DNA of 62,988 nt, filler included, from Olpidium bornovanus S191 (GCA_017911155.1; 26 parts of 26 records of this genome joined end to end with filler, not necessarily neighbours in it); one strand, 5' to 3'; counted from the first letter of the whole stretch, positions 48,113-60,913 are shown. Notes: generated by a model from the letters alone, not told the origin. Numbers and translations are program-made.

Positions 48113-51100
48113 CATGACCACGTTGCACTCGCGGATTCTCGACCTGATGACGTCGCGGCCGGCGCTGGTGACCAGCGGGCAGCCGGTTATGTCCAGCAGC
48201 TCGAGCTTCGGCGCCATCCGGGCCAGGTAAGTGGCGACGGCGTCGGTCAGCCGCCTGCAGTGGCGGAGCTTTAGTCTCTGCAGCCCCTTGATGCTTTCCG
48301 CAAAGAACGCAATCGCCGAGTCGGTCACAAACGAACAGTGGGAAAGGTCGAGCGATTGGTACGCTTTTGCGTGGCCGTAAGAACGTGTTCCATGTCAGCG
48401 CGGGTGGGGGGTGGGGGGGATGGGGGAGGGGGGGAAACCAAAGCGGGCGAAACGGACGCGCGGCGGTACGGCAGGCGGGGGAGTGGTGAAAATGGGGGAG
48501 GCCGGGAGAGAGTGTCACCTTGCGCGCCCAGAGACAAGTCGTACAGGCCCCCGTTAGTGATGTGGTTGCAAAAAGTCAGGTTTAAGTTTTTCAAGTCTAT
48601 GCGCGCGCGCACGTCGGCGGGCAGGAAGAACACGGCGAATCAATTCGGGAAGTGAAAATGTCAACAAGAAGGAAACGCCTCTCCTTCCTCCCCTCTCGCC
48701 GGCCCCCCCCCCCTTTTCCCTTCCCCCACACCTCCCTCGCCTTCCCCGCCTCCCCCGCCCCGGGAACCGCATAGACCCACGTGTGCAAGAGCCCGCTATC
48801 CACTGCAGGCATTTATCTGAGATCCCGTGGCAGTCGGTGAGATCGAGCGTCTCGATCGCCCGGCAGTGCTTCGCCACCAGATACAGGCCGAAATCCGTGA
48901 TCCGCGTGCACCGACGCAGCCGGATGATTTTAATGGCAGACGCCCTCTCGAAGACGTTCTCCAGGCCGTCGTCCCCGATCAGCTTGCAGTAAGACAGGTC
49001 TAACGACCGCAAACGGACCATGCAGTGCCTGTCGAAGGCGGCGGACGTGATCTGGCCCGAATAGGCGATGTCGAGCTTCAGCAACCTCCCGCACTGGCGC
49101 GCCACGAACCCGATCCCGACGTCCGTCAACTTCCAGCAGTTCGACGCAACCACGGACTCCAGGGACGGGCAGCGCGAGGCCAGGACGGTGATGTCCGCGT
49201 CGTGCAGCATCCAGCAGCCGCTGATGTTGACGTGCACCAGCGACTGCCCCGCCCGAGCCGTCAGCTGGTCCAGCACCTTGGGCGTCAGGTAGTCCGTCAT
49301 GCGGTCGTAGCCGAAGTCGAGGTGCCGCCAGGCCTGCGGGGCGTAGGTCAACCGCCTGGTGTAGTTGCAGACCAGGCCGAACCGCGCACGGTCCCGGGGG
49401 TTCAGGAACCAGGATATGTACAGCACCGCCTCGGCGTCGAGCTCCAGGAGGTTCTGGCAGCGCCGGGTTCTCGGCGTCGCGACGGACGCCTCGGCCTTCG
49501 CGAGAGACTTGTCATGTTTGGACGAGGCAGAGGGGCGCACCTTGCCGTTTCCACCGAAAAAATTTCCGATAGCTTTCTTGAGCCCTCGCTTGAACTTTTT
49601 TTTTTTTTTTTTTTTTTCGCGGGAGGTGGGGAAAGGCCGTCACGGGTGGGTGCAAGATGCAGATTAGTTATTTCCTTTTTTTATTTTTTTTCTTCAAAAT
49701 AAAACAACCCGCACACACTCTCTTTCTCGTTATACTAACCGACTTTTTTTTCGGTCCGGGCTTCCCCTGGGCGGCGGCGGAGGGGAACATCGGATTCTTG
49801 TCGTCCTTCCTGGCGACGTCGAACGTGGAGTGCGACTCGCGGGTCTTCTCCCTCTCGCCTTTGCCCCTGAAGAAGAGCCAGAGCGGGTTCGGGTTCTTTG
49901 CGGGCAGCACGGGGGTCACGGCGAGCACGCCCGAGTCGGCATCGGACGCTCGGGGCGGCGCCCTGCCGCCGCTGCCGGTGCTGCTGCCCTGCGAGATGGA
50001 CGCGCCGGACGATTTCTGCGAGATCTTGGATGGCCTCCGGGGGGACCTCCTCGAAGACCCGGCCGATTCGCCGCCGCTGCCGCATCCTGCGGGGATGACG
50101 ACCTCGTTGGAGTCCTCGCTGGGGGCGGGCTGGTCCTTGTTCGCCCGGTCGTTCATCAGCTGCAGCCGGTTCTGCGCAGCGAGGGATATGGTGGTGTAGA
50201 GGTCCGGGTACTCCTTCAGAGCCGCGACCAGCGCCTCTTTCGAGAGAATCACCAGGTGGCATGTCTCCGTCGACACTCGGATGGATGCCGTCCGAGGAAT
50301 CCGGTAATGGATCCCCACCTGCAAAGTTGAACGGATGGGCGGAGATTGGTTATGCGAAACCGAATTGAATGATATGAGAGGGCGAGAGAGAGGGCGACAG
50401 AGAGAGTGGGGGGGGGGGGGGGGGGGAGAAAGGGGGGGGAGAAAGAGAGAGAGAGAGCGAGAGAGAGAAAGGGACTTCCGTCTAGAACGAACGAAATCGA
50501 AATAGGCTGAAAAGAAAAGAAATATCGGTACTGGAAATAAGCGGAAACAAAATCGGCCCTTACCTCACCGAAGAACGACCCTTCGCCGATGTTGTCGTAG
50601 ACCGTCCGTCCGTCTTCCGAGACCACGTCGATCGCCCCGTGGACAATAAAAAACATCTCCGACGAAACCTCTCCCCTCCGGATGACGTAATCCCCTTTCC
50701 TGCATCCCCGGATCGACGTGTACGCGGCAAGCTGCTTGAGGAAAGGGGTCGGGCAGTCTTTAAACAGTGCGACCTTCTTCAGGCGTTCCGCCGTGGCTTC
50801 CACGTCGTACGCCGCCTGCTTCCCGGCGACGGAGGCGCAGGCGGCGGAGCCCAGCTGCTGCTGCTGTTTGCCGGCCTCGACGTTGTCCAGCACTTTTTTC
50901 AGCTTCGCTTCCCGCAGCGTGACCTGCGCGTAGTTCTCGGCCGCCTTTTTCCTGACCGCCTCTTCGATCCGCGGTTCGGATTTCAGGATGCGGTCCAGGT
51001 CGGCCTTCGCGAGCTCGAAGTACGCGAGTTCCCCGCGGGCGCGGACCGACGCGGTCCGCGGGACGTCGTAGAAGAGGGCGATCTCGCCGAGGAAACCCCC

Positions 51101-52750
51101 CGGGGAGATCTGGGCGTACACCGTCTTCCCGTCGTCAGACACGACCTCCGCGGACCCTATCGCGACGATGAGCATGGCGTGCCCCGGCTCCCCTTTCCGG
51201 ATAACGTACTCGCCGTCGGAAGCGGCCTTCAGCTCGAGGGCGAGGGACATCTCCTGCAGCATGCCGTCGTCGCAGTCCTTCAGGAGGGGAACGGCCTTCA
51301 GCTGCTCACGCAGGACGTCGACGTCCGACTCCACGGCCGCCGACGCCGCGGCCGCCATGGCCGTCCTCGACGATATTGTTTCGAGGCGGGACTTTGCCTC
51401 CGCTTGGATCTTGGCGGCGATGTCCTGCCACCCTTTCAGCACCTCTTCCATGTCGGCGCGCGTCAGCTTGAAAACGTCCAGGACGGAGCTGGCCGCGCGG
51501 ACGGAGGCGGTCCTCTCCATATTAAAGAGAACGCCGACTTCCCCGAAGAACGATCCCGTTTGAATGGTGGCGAACGGGTGCCGCTCGTCGCGGCCGTACA
51601 CTTCCGCGGCCCCTCGCGCGACAAAATACATTTCGGCAGACGTTTCTCCCATGCAGACGACGTCCTCTCCGAGGAGATACTGCTCCGGAATTAATTTCAG
51701 CGCCAAGAGGTGCAAGAACTCTGTATCGCACCCTTTGAACAACGGGACCTAGGGCGAGAAACCCGCAAAAAAAAAAAACGGTTTTGACAACAATTTCTCC
51801 CAAGTTTTCGCGGAGCAATTCTCTCTTTCTCTCTCTCTCTCCCCTTTTCTTTCAACTTTTTTTTTTTTGGGTGGGGAGGGTATGTTTGTTACGCACGCTT
51901 CGAAGGTCTTCGTACGTGATGCCGACCCGAGCTTCGTCCGGAAAATTCACGTTGACGTTTTTGGCGGCCTGCTTCTCGAAAACCGCCAGCCTCTCTTCCG
52001 CGACCAGCTTGATCGCCGCGGAGACCGAGGGGTAGTCTTCCGCGATCTCGGCGAACTTCGCCTTGGTCAGCGCGAGGATGAGGCACTTGCCCCTCGCCCG
52101 GCAGGTGGCGGTGCGGGCGATGTCGAAGAGGAGGCCGATCTCCCCGAAGAAGGTGTCCTGCTGCATGACGTTGACGATGGTCTCCCCGTCTTCCGAGACG
52201 ACCTCCACCTCGCCGCGGGCGACGAAGAACAGAGCGCGGCCCACCTCGCCCTTGCGGATGACGGTCTCGCGGTCGTTGATGATGCGCGGCTGGAGGGCGG
52301 ACACCATCCGGGATATGAACCCCTCGTCGGCGAGGGCTTTGAATATCGGGTGGTTCCGCAGGAACTGCTTCATGCCCTCGCCGCCGCTGCCCTCGGCCTC
52401 CTTCGCGATGGAAGTCGACGACCGGAAAGCGTGCCCGTCCTTCGTGGGCGCGGGGCCCGACACGGCGTTCTCCGCTTGCGGGATGCTTTTGGCCGGCCGG
52501 CATTTTCGCTTCGTGAAGGCCGACTGGCTGAGAGCAAAAGGGCGGAAGCGAGGGCGTAGGTTGCCCGTTAAGACGTCAGTTCGGTCTGCCCGGGGGGAAG
52601 GGGGGAGGGCAAGCGGGGTGGGGGTGGGAGTGAAGGTGAATGGAGCAAGCGAACGAGCTTACGGAGTAAGATTGCTGTTGCTGACGGACGACGACCGGCC
52701 GTTATAAGGCAGCTGGGTGACCGCGGGCGCGCTGGGAGCGAACACTGTTT
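48113..52750 (-). CDS. Protein with four cyclic-nucleotide-binding domains, an F-box and Cys-containing LRRs; ends reach contig limits
   Basis: Spliced exons: about 52527-51897, 51748-50564, 50318-49740, 49540-48781, 48596-48519 and 48363-48113, plus upstream exons. Four phosphate-binding cassettes: FFGEIGLLFDIARTAT, FFGEVGVLFNMERTAS, FLGEIALFYDVPRTAS, FFGEVGIHYRIPRTAS. F-box LLELDAEAVLYISWFLNPRDRARFGLVC..., then 10 or more LRRs (L..LDLS.C..I.D). Confidence 0.9.
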
Positions 52751-53019
52751 CTTGATTGACAATCATCGATGCTCCACAGCCCATGCGGAGGGGGAAGAGA
52801 GGGGAAGGGGGGGGAAAGGGAGGAAAGGTTCTTTTTTTCTATGTGCGTGCGTGTGTGCTTATCTCCCGCAACCTAAAAAGAAAAAAATTCCGCGGTCCTA
52901 ANNNNNNNNNNNNNNNNNNNNNNNNNNNNNNNNNNNNNNNNNNNNTTAATTAATTAANNNNNNNNNNNNNNNNNNNNNNNNNNNNNNNNNNNNNNNNNNN
53001 NAAAAAAAAAACTCGTAAA

Positions 53020-54068
53020 GACTTTCCGGCCGCCCTCCACGCCCCGGACCTCCGGTTCTCTTACGTGCAGGGCATGAACGTGCTGGCGGCGCCGTTCCTC
53101 TACTGCATGCCGGAGCTGGACGCGTTCTTCGCCTTCTCGATGTTCCTCCGGGACATCTGCCCGCTGTACGTGCAGCCCGCGCTGCAGGGGGTCCACTGCG
53201 CGCTGAAGGTGGGGGGGGCCCGGGCGCGGGGGAGAGGGGGGGGTGGGGGGGAAGGTGGGGGGTAGGGGGGGGCGTTCCTCCCCTCCTCCCCCCTTTTTTC
53301 TTCCCCTCTCAACTTTTTCCTTTCATTTTTTAAATTTTTTTTTTGCCACTTCGAAATACCCTTTTTCTTCCCTCTCTCCACTTTTTTTTTCTTTTTTTTT
53401 TTGCCGCTTCGAAATACCTTTTCTTCCCTACCTCCATTTTTCCTTTCCTTTCCTTTTTTTCTTATTTTTTTTGCCGCTTCGGAATACCCGTTTTCTTCCC
53501 TCTCTCCACTTTTTTTTAATTTTTTTTTTTTTTTTTGCCGCTTCAAAATACCATTTTTCTTCCCACTCTCCACTTTTCCTTTCCTTTCCTTTCCTTTTTT
53601 TATTTTTTATTTTTTTGCCGCTTCGGAATGCCCTTTTTCTTTCACTTTTCCTTTCATTTCGTTTCCTTTTTTTAATTTTTTTTTTTTTTTTTTTTTTCCC
53701 CTTCGGAATCCCCTTTTTTTTCCCCCCCCCCCTTTTTCTTTTTTTTTTTTTTCTTTTTTTTAATTTTTTTTTTTTTTTTTTTTTCCGCTTCGGAATACCC
53801 TTTTTCTTCCCACTCTCCACTTTTCCTTTCCTTTTCTTTCCTTTTTTTTGCCGTTTCGAAATATTCGAAATCGTCATTTCTCCCCCGCTCTCGCGCACCG
53901 GCGGGCCTCCGGTTCGGCCCAAATAACCCGCGTCTCCTCCCCACGCCCCCCCCCCCCCCATTCCGCCTCGCAAACAGCTGGTGGACAGGTGCCTGAAGGT
54001 CGTCGACCCGAAGCTGTACTCGTACCTGCACAAGAAGAACCTCACGGCCGAGCTTTACGCCTTCCCTT
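53020..54068 (+). CDS. BUB2: Bub2/Cdc16 TBC-domain GAP (mitotic exit/septation checkpoint), internal fragment
   Basis: FSYVQGMNVLAAPFLYCMPELDAF...CPLYVQPALQGVHCALK, intron 53209-53977, then LVDRCLKVVDPKLYSYLHKKNLTAELYAFP. Confidence 0.92.
53345..53870 (+). repeat. Intronic minisatellite, 8 copies of a GCCGCTTCG(G/A)AATACC core separated by pyrimidine tracts
   Basis: Cores at about 53345, 53403, 53473, 53537, 53617, 53698, 53785 and 53850, usually followed by TTTTTCTTCCC(A/T)CTCTCCACTTTT. Confidence 0.88.
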
Positions 54069-54280
54069 GTGCGTGACGGGCGACGCGGGGAGGCCCCGGG
54101 CCCGGAGCTCCCACGCGCGCAGATTTCTTTTTTTTTTTTTTGGTTGATCCCGTTTTCTTTGTTGCGCGACGCAAAAAAAANNNNNNNNNNNNNNNNNNNN
54201 NNNNNNNNNNNNNNNNNNNNNNNNTTAATTAATTAANNNNNNNNNNNNNNNNNNNNNNNNNNNNNNNNNNNNNNNNNNNN

Positions 54281-54409
54281 CCACTTCCGCTCGTTGCCGT
54301 ACGCGCGCGGAATGTTCGGGGCCTTGGGGAAGAGCGCGATGCGCCCCACTTTCGCCAGCACCGAGGCGACGACGGCGACCGCGAGGCTCACGACAATCGC
54401 GTAGAACAT
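54281..54409 (-). CDS. N-terminus of an unidentified signal-anchor or secreted protein, truncated by gap
   Basis: MFYAIVVSLAVAVVASVLAKVGRIALFPKAPNIPRAYGNERKW: hydrophobic N-terminus in GC3-rich codons. Confidence 0.35.
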
Positions 54410-54586
54410 TTTTTTTTTTTCTTTCCTTTTTTCGTTTTTTTCGTTTTTTTCCACCAGCAGCGGCAGTAGCAGCCGACGGCGGCGACGCGGTGGGGTCCCC
54501 CTCCTTCCCCCGGCCCCCCCGGTTTTCCCCTAAAAAAAGCACGCGTGCCGCCGCACCCACGCCCCCGCACTTCAGAGAGGAGAAAC

Positions 54587-54621
<35 letters not shown>

Positions 54622-55556
54622 AATTAGGAATTACGCGGAAAGACACAAACTTCCGCGGCGCAGCACCAGACTACGGCTGCGCGCTGGGAACAGCTACGTC
54701 AAGAACTGGGACAACTGTTCTACCCACGCGAGTATTAACAAACGATCATGAATAAACTCATGGACCTCACTCAACACAAATGTGATGACGACCTCAAAAA
54801 TTTTATTGAAACTACCAATGTTGTTCAGGCAACTCCCAGGCTGGCGAGACACAGGACTGTAGACCATAAGGTTCTGCTTAAAAAGGCTTTATATTGCGTC
54901 GTTCGAAGCTCTGTGGAGGATCATTAACGGGGGGAACGCGTGGGGTGCGGCTACGGAAGAGGAAGAGTCTTTGGAAAGTCACATGACTTAACGGAACCAA
55001 TCGACAATGACTCTCAACACCTCCCTTCAACCAAACTGCGATAGGAAAAAAAGGCCGGCAGAGACGTCGGGGAGGATGGTAAAAAGGGGGGAAAAAAAGG
55101 AATGATAGAAGGAACGGCGACAAGCCTGAGCTCGAAGGTACATGCAGCGAATTCACTAGAAAATTCATTACGGCATAACAAACTAGCAATATATACCACA
55201 ATATCATCCCGTTTAACAAAAAAAAGACGATGGTTGCAATGTTCATAAAACAGACTGTAGTCACAAAGAAACATTTCTTCCTGATACCACTGTCACATTT
55301 CTAATTTACTTACAGTGAAACATTCTTTTATTATGCATGATTATACGGGATTATTGTGAAACGACTTTTTCCTTTTTTTTCTCTGCTTTTTTCGGAATTC
55401 TTTGAGTAAGTCGGGGGCGCTGATGTTTTCTACTGGCTTTTCACAAGCCCTCTCGCNNNNNNNNNNNNNNNNNNNNNNNNNNNNNNNNNNNNNNNNNNNN
55501 TTAATTAATTAANNNNNNNNNNNNNNNNNNNNNNNNNNNNNNNNNNNNNNNNNNNN

Positions 55557-57124
55557 CATGTCGGTAAGGTGGTCCCGGAGCGTCTGGGCCAGCTCGTTGG
55601 CGTAGTCCAACTTGCGGTTGAGCGTGGCGATGCGCGTGTGCACGTCGAAGGCTTTCGACACGGCGTCGTAGCACTCCTCCAGGCGCGGCTGGCTCCAGTA
55701 AAAGTCGGGCGTGTCCAGAAAGCACTCGGTGTGATTTAGGTTGAGCTGCTGGCGGAAGTTCAGGAGAGCGCCGAGCTTGCAGAGGACGTCGGCGCGGGTC
55801 AGCGGCAGCTTCCGGCCCTCCATCAGGATGCCGGACAGGTGGCGGTTGTCGGCAAGGTAACGGTCCAGGGCCGTCTCCAAGACGGAGAGTTTGGCAGAGC
55901 GGGCAAGGCCATGTGAGAAGGACAGCATCGCCCAGGTCAGATCGACGGTGTTTCCGAGAACTATCGTATCGTTGCGCAATGCGGTGGGTCTAAAACGAAA
56001 ATCGTAGATGGAACCACCGCGGGCGCCTAACCTGGTGAGCCCCGCAGCAGACGAAATTCCACCCTTTTTGTTGGACAGCGACATGTCATGGCGCTGACCG
56101 GATGCCCCCGCGAAGTTACTCACGAGTGCGGATCAACGACGTAATCACAATCTTCCTTCTCGTGCTGCGCAAGCGGTTCGATTTCTACCCCGGGGACCTC
56201 ATTCAGGAGCCGCAGCAGCTTGTCATTTTCGGCGTTGGTCGTGCCCCAGGTAACGATCGTCCCGGACTTGAACACAAACACGTCGCCGGCCGGCCCCGCC
56301 CCCCCGTTTTCGCCCTCCCCGCCGCCCTCGTCCCGCTCTCGCGGGACGCGCACGTGGCAGACCTCGTCGTTGATGAACGGTTGCACGGAGTAGTGCCGGG
56401 ACAGGTGAGCGAGCAGCTTCGCGGCGTCGTACGATTCGGCGGTGCAGAACGCCGTGCACCGCAACGCCTTGTCGATGGGGGCCACCTGAGGGGCCTCCGG
56501 TTCGCCCGCCGACATCCCCTCGCCGCGCGGTTGGCGAGGAGTAGGATTGTCCGCCGATTTCTTCGCGCCGGCCTTATTCGGCGCCTTGGGCTTTGTCAAC
56601 GACCGCGCCTTCGGGAGGGAGCGTCGTCATTACAGGGTCCCTGAAGAACGACACTTTTCGATCCCCGTCCTTCCCCCTCCTCCTCCCGCCCCCCAACAAA
56701 ACGCAAAAAGCCGAGCAGAGGCTCTGCGTACCTTGACGACGGACGTCTTCCTTTCTCGCTTCTTGCCCGCGGCCTCGGCTTCGGCCTCCTGTTCCTGCGG
56801 CGTCGCTGCCGCTGCCGACATCCACCTGCTCCCGCGTGTCCCGGTGGTAGCTCCGGCGGCTCCCGGCGGCAAAACCTTTTGACACGCAAAGCCGGCGGTT
56901 GCGGCGCCGCCGGCGGCCGTGGCGGCCGGAGCCCTCGCTTGAACCGAAAGCGGACGCGGCTGCCCGATCGAAGCGCCCGGGCGGCGGGAAGGCGGCGGCG
57001 CCGGGGCCGCCGCGCGCGCGGCGCCGCGCAGCAGGCGGTGCTGCCACTGCTGCGACGGCAACGACGGGCAGACGGCCCCGCGGATCGCTCTGCACGCGGC
57101 GGCGGCGGCCGGGAAAGCGGCCAT
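55557..57124 (-). CDS. RMND1: RMND1/Mrx10 (DUF155, Rmd1 family) mitochondrial protein, 3' truncated
   Basis: Presequence-like Ala/Arg-rich start. CTAFCTAESYD, VFVFKSGTIVTWG, LSFSHGLARSAKLSVLE, LGALLNFRQQLNL, LDTPDFYWSQPRLEECY..V.K.FDV..RI..LN.KLDY. Two GT-AG introns. Confidence 0.88.
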
Positions 57125-57199
57125 GCGTGTCTCCTGGGCGAGGCGGTCTTCGGGGATTTCCGGGCGTCTTACCGCGGGCGTTTCGGCTTCCGCGCGCGG

Positions 57200-57267
<68 letters not shown>

Positions 57268-57538
57268 NNNNNNNNNNNNNNNNNNNNNNNNNNNNNNNNN
57301 NNNNNNNNNNNTTAATTAATTAANNNNNNNNNNNNNNNNNNNNNNNNNNNNNNNNNNNNNNNNNNNNCATGCAAAGAAATAGTAGGCGCAATCCAAATAA
57401 CAGAAAAAAAAAGCAATCGCCGTGTCATATGTGTTCTTGCGCGCGAGCTGGCAAAAGCGGTCGCACGGATTCTGAAGTGCAGACAACCTGCTGCGCAACC
57501 GAATAGTTGCGTCCGAAAAATGTATTCATACGAGGCTG

Positions 57539-59329
57539 TCACGCCTCGAAGGGGACGAGGGCTTCGAGCACGGCGATTTCCAACTCTTCCAAACCAATTC
57601 TTGCCTGGTGCCTCGCGAGCTCGTCCGCGTCGAGGGCTTCCACGTTCCGCAGCGCGACGGCGGCGCGGCGAATGAGGTCCTTCGGGAACGCGCCCAGCAC
57701 GTCCGGGCCGAGGCCCCGGATAAGGAAGACGAGAACGACCGTCGCCGCTAGGAAACATGGAGGTCGCGTTTGCGCGCGGGTCGTTTACGGAAAAAAAAAA
57801 TGCGCGGTCGTGTTAACCTTTGAATGGTCTGATCGGCAGCAGGGGAGCCTCGGGAGGACAAAGCGGGGGAACACGTACCTCTTCGTACAGACTGGCCCTC
57901 CTCCCCCTCGCCGTTTTCGAGAAGAAGCAGATCACACACGTAGTTCACGATGTCGTGGTGCAGGCGCCCCAGCGAGTGCGGGCAGGTCTCGCACGCGACG
58001 GCAAGAATTGACAACGCCGATGCCCGCAGATGCCGCTGCTTCTCCTCCAGCAGGACCGCGAACAGAGGGGAGACCAGCGACCGAACTTTCCGCGTAAAGC
58101 GGCGCGGTCAGGCCGAACGGGCCAAAAAAGGTCAGAGAACTTCGCAGCGCGAAACGGAAAAATCCGCCGCTGTATAAAGCCAAATTTCCCCAACCGCCTT
58201 ACCGTATTTTCCGAGGGCTGTTCCGCACCTCCTAACCGTCTGCAACAGCGCCTCGCCAATGCGGAGCCGCGCATCCAGCTGCTTTCCGAGGACGCCAGTT
58301 CCGCGGTAAAGCTCGCCGAGCTTTTGGATGATGCGCTCCCCTTGAGTGTCTGTTAACGCTGACAGGCATCGGGTGGCGTTTAGATAGATAAAACTGTAAT
58401 GTGGTTGAATGGCGAGCATCAACAAGTATTCAACACCCGTAGCGCCGCACCTACAATCAAAGTCCCCACCTGTCCTCGTCTTGAATCGCATTCACAAATA
58501 TCTCCAAAATCCTGTCGACGACTTTCACCTTGCGCGGCACTTCCACAACAGGACACAATATGTGACTCTTGCGTCCGGCATCATCACTGCCGCTCCCAAT
58601 TTCGAGGTGTTCATCTATCACAGGGTTGCGCTCCAGTACCAACTCCCGCAGAAGAGCCAGACCGTGGGCTCGCACGGGAAGAAGGCTCTCCTCGATCATC
58701 GAGCACGCGGAGCGGAACCTCTCCAGTCCCTGCTGTACAGCGTCACTCCCCGTAGATTTCAGGGACAGGCCAGCGACGGTTCGCGTCAGGACCGCGCCGC
58801 GTACCTCAGCGGCGGACTCTCGCAGCACGGAGGAAGGGTTGTCGGCAAAACGCGCAAGAAGTGGCAAAGCTGCCTGTAGAAGTCCGAGGTCTTGGGAAGT
58901 CAGGTCCTTGTGCTCTGCGTAAAGTTAAACAAATCAGGCACCGAGTAGGTATTAAGGGAAGCGCAGGATTTCGGTAAATTTCACTGGTCCTTACCAGCAA
59001 CAATGGCGGCCGTCATACTCATCGCCAACAACAACGTGTCCTCCTGCAGCCGATTCTCTTCCTCAACAACCCGCATCATCTCTTCTTCTTCTTGCTCATC
59101 CAACCCGCTGACAATGTCAGCGAACATCCTGGGTGCCCCTCCAAAATCGCCAGTTGCCGAATTTCGAGCATTTAAGCGCTCCGTTCGCGCTTCTAGCATC
59201 CGCTCTTCAGGGTCTTTCCAGCTCTCCAAAATGCTGACGGCGACGCTTAGCATCTGGGTAGGACGCTTTAAAATAGCCGGTCCAAGACTTTGAATCATCG
59301 CCGCCGCAATGCTGAGGATAGTGACCATA
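57539..59329 (-). CDS. RTP1: RNA polymerase II assembly factor Rtp1 / TANGO6, C-terminal part, 5' truncated
   Basis: ESLLPVRAHGLALLRELV, IFVNAIQDED|SFIYLNATRCLSAL, DARLRIGEALLQTV and C-terminal AATVVL..LIRG...DADELARHQARIGLEEL. Confidence 0.82.
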
Positions 59330-59500
59330 CTGCGTTTTTTTTTCCCAAGGCAGGTTTTCGTGCAATAAAAAACCAGAGCAAAAGCGTGAGCTGAGCCATG
59401 NNNNNNNNNNNNNNNNNNNNNNNNNNNNNNNNNNNNNNNNNNNNTTAATTAATTAANNNNNNNNNNNNNNNNNNNNNNNNNNNNNNNNNNNNNNNNNNNN

Positions 59501-59745
59501 CATGCCTCATCGTTGATCGTCATAGCTTCCAAGGCTCCTTGTTCCACCGGCGTGCTGACGTGGTTTGCATCCATCATCCCGAAGCATATTAGGATTTGCT
59601 CTGCTTAGTAGCGTTGGTCCATTATGAGCGATCCGTCATCCATCTTGCGGATCCTGATACCAAGTATGAAGGACAGATCCCCTCCATCTGACATTTTGAA
59701 TTTCTTCTCCAGGTCGTTCTCGAGCTTAGAGCGCAAAAGAGCAAC
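59501..59745 (-). mobile_element. Ty1/copia reverse transcriptase remnant
   Basis: LEKKFKMSDGGDLSFILGIRI...LIMDQRY*AEQILICFGMMDANHVSTP matches RVT_2 (F.M.DLG....FLG..I...L.Q..Y...IL..FGM.D.KP..TP). Contains an in-frame stop. Confidence 0.85.
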
Positions 59746-59934
59746 GTGTTTCCTTTTTTTTTCAGAACGTACGGTTTTTGTTTTCCCGTTCGGCGGTTTT
59801 TCCATTTTTTTTTTTGTTTTCGGACGTATCGACGCGGTTTTCGCGAGACAGCTCGGGGGTCCCCGCGTCTTGCTTTTCGGTTATCAATGCGGTTGGAGAG
59901 GAATTCGGGTCGCGTGGGGTGGGGCCGGTCAAAG

Positions 59935-59979
<45 letters not shown>

Positions 59980-60612
59980 GGGGGCCCGTTTTGTGGCTGC
60001 CTCTAACGTTCCTTTTCCGCGTCGGCGCGCGTCGGCGCCTTCCCCCCCCACCACGCCCGCCGGCCGCGTATGCCGCGAATGGGGACGCAACAAACTCGTG
60101 CCGGTCGGTTTTTTGGTTTTTGTTGTTTTTTTTTTTTTCGAACAAAACCGTCGGGCCCCCCCGCTCCCCCCTCCCTTTCGACCAAACCCCTCCCGCAGAT
60201 CAAAATCGTCGAAACGACGAAACGACAAAACGACAATAAAAGAGAGAAAAAAAAAGACAAACAAACGAAAAGAAACAAAAAAAAGAGGACGACGCGCCCT
60301 CGCGGCAGAACCGCCTTCGACGCGGCGCAAACGACGCGGAAGCTTTTCGCAGTAAATAATTTCGGAACAATCATAAAAGTCGCCCTTCCCTTGGCCCGGG
60401 GACGAGGGAGGATAGAGAGAGAAAGAGAGAGAGGGAGAGAGAGGGAGAGAGAGCAGAGAGAGAACATCGCCCTGCCCATGCTCGGACGCAAAAAAAAACC
60501 GCGCGCCCCGCCCCTTCCCCCTTCTCCTCCCCCGCTTCACCCGGCCTCCCCCCTTCCTCCTCCCACTTCCCCCCTTTCTCCTCCCGTGCGAACATCCCCC
60601 CCCTTTTCCCTC

Positions 60613-60881
60613 CTAGACCACGCTGCCGGAGATGGACGGCCGCCCGCTCGGCCGGTTCGCGGCGTCCGAGGCGCGCTCGTACGCCGCGCGCACCTCCTTG
60701 AGGAGGGCCCTCGACCGAGGTATGTGCCGCCTCAGATTGTCGCTGGCCAGGACCGCCTCTGCGGGGAAGGAAGAAAAAAAAAGGGCGGAGGAGGAGGAAA
60801 AGGAAAAGCGGAGTGGAGCGGGTTCGTCGCGGCCGGCCCCGTCGGTCACGCAAGTCACAAAGCAATACGGTAGTTGGCGCG

Positions 60882-60913
<32 letters not shown>

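Noticed and set aside
53345-53870. CRISPR-like array
   Set aside because: The spacers are low-complexity poly-T/C tracts rather than unique sequences, the context is a eukaryotic intron, and no cas genes are present.
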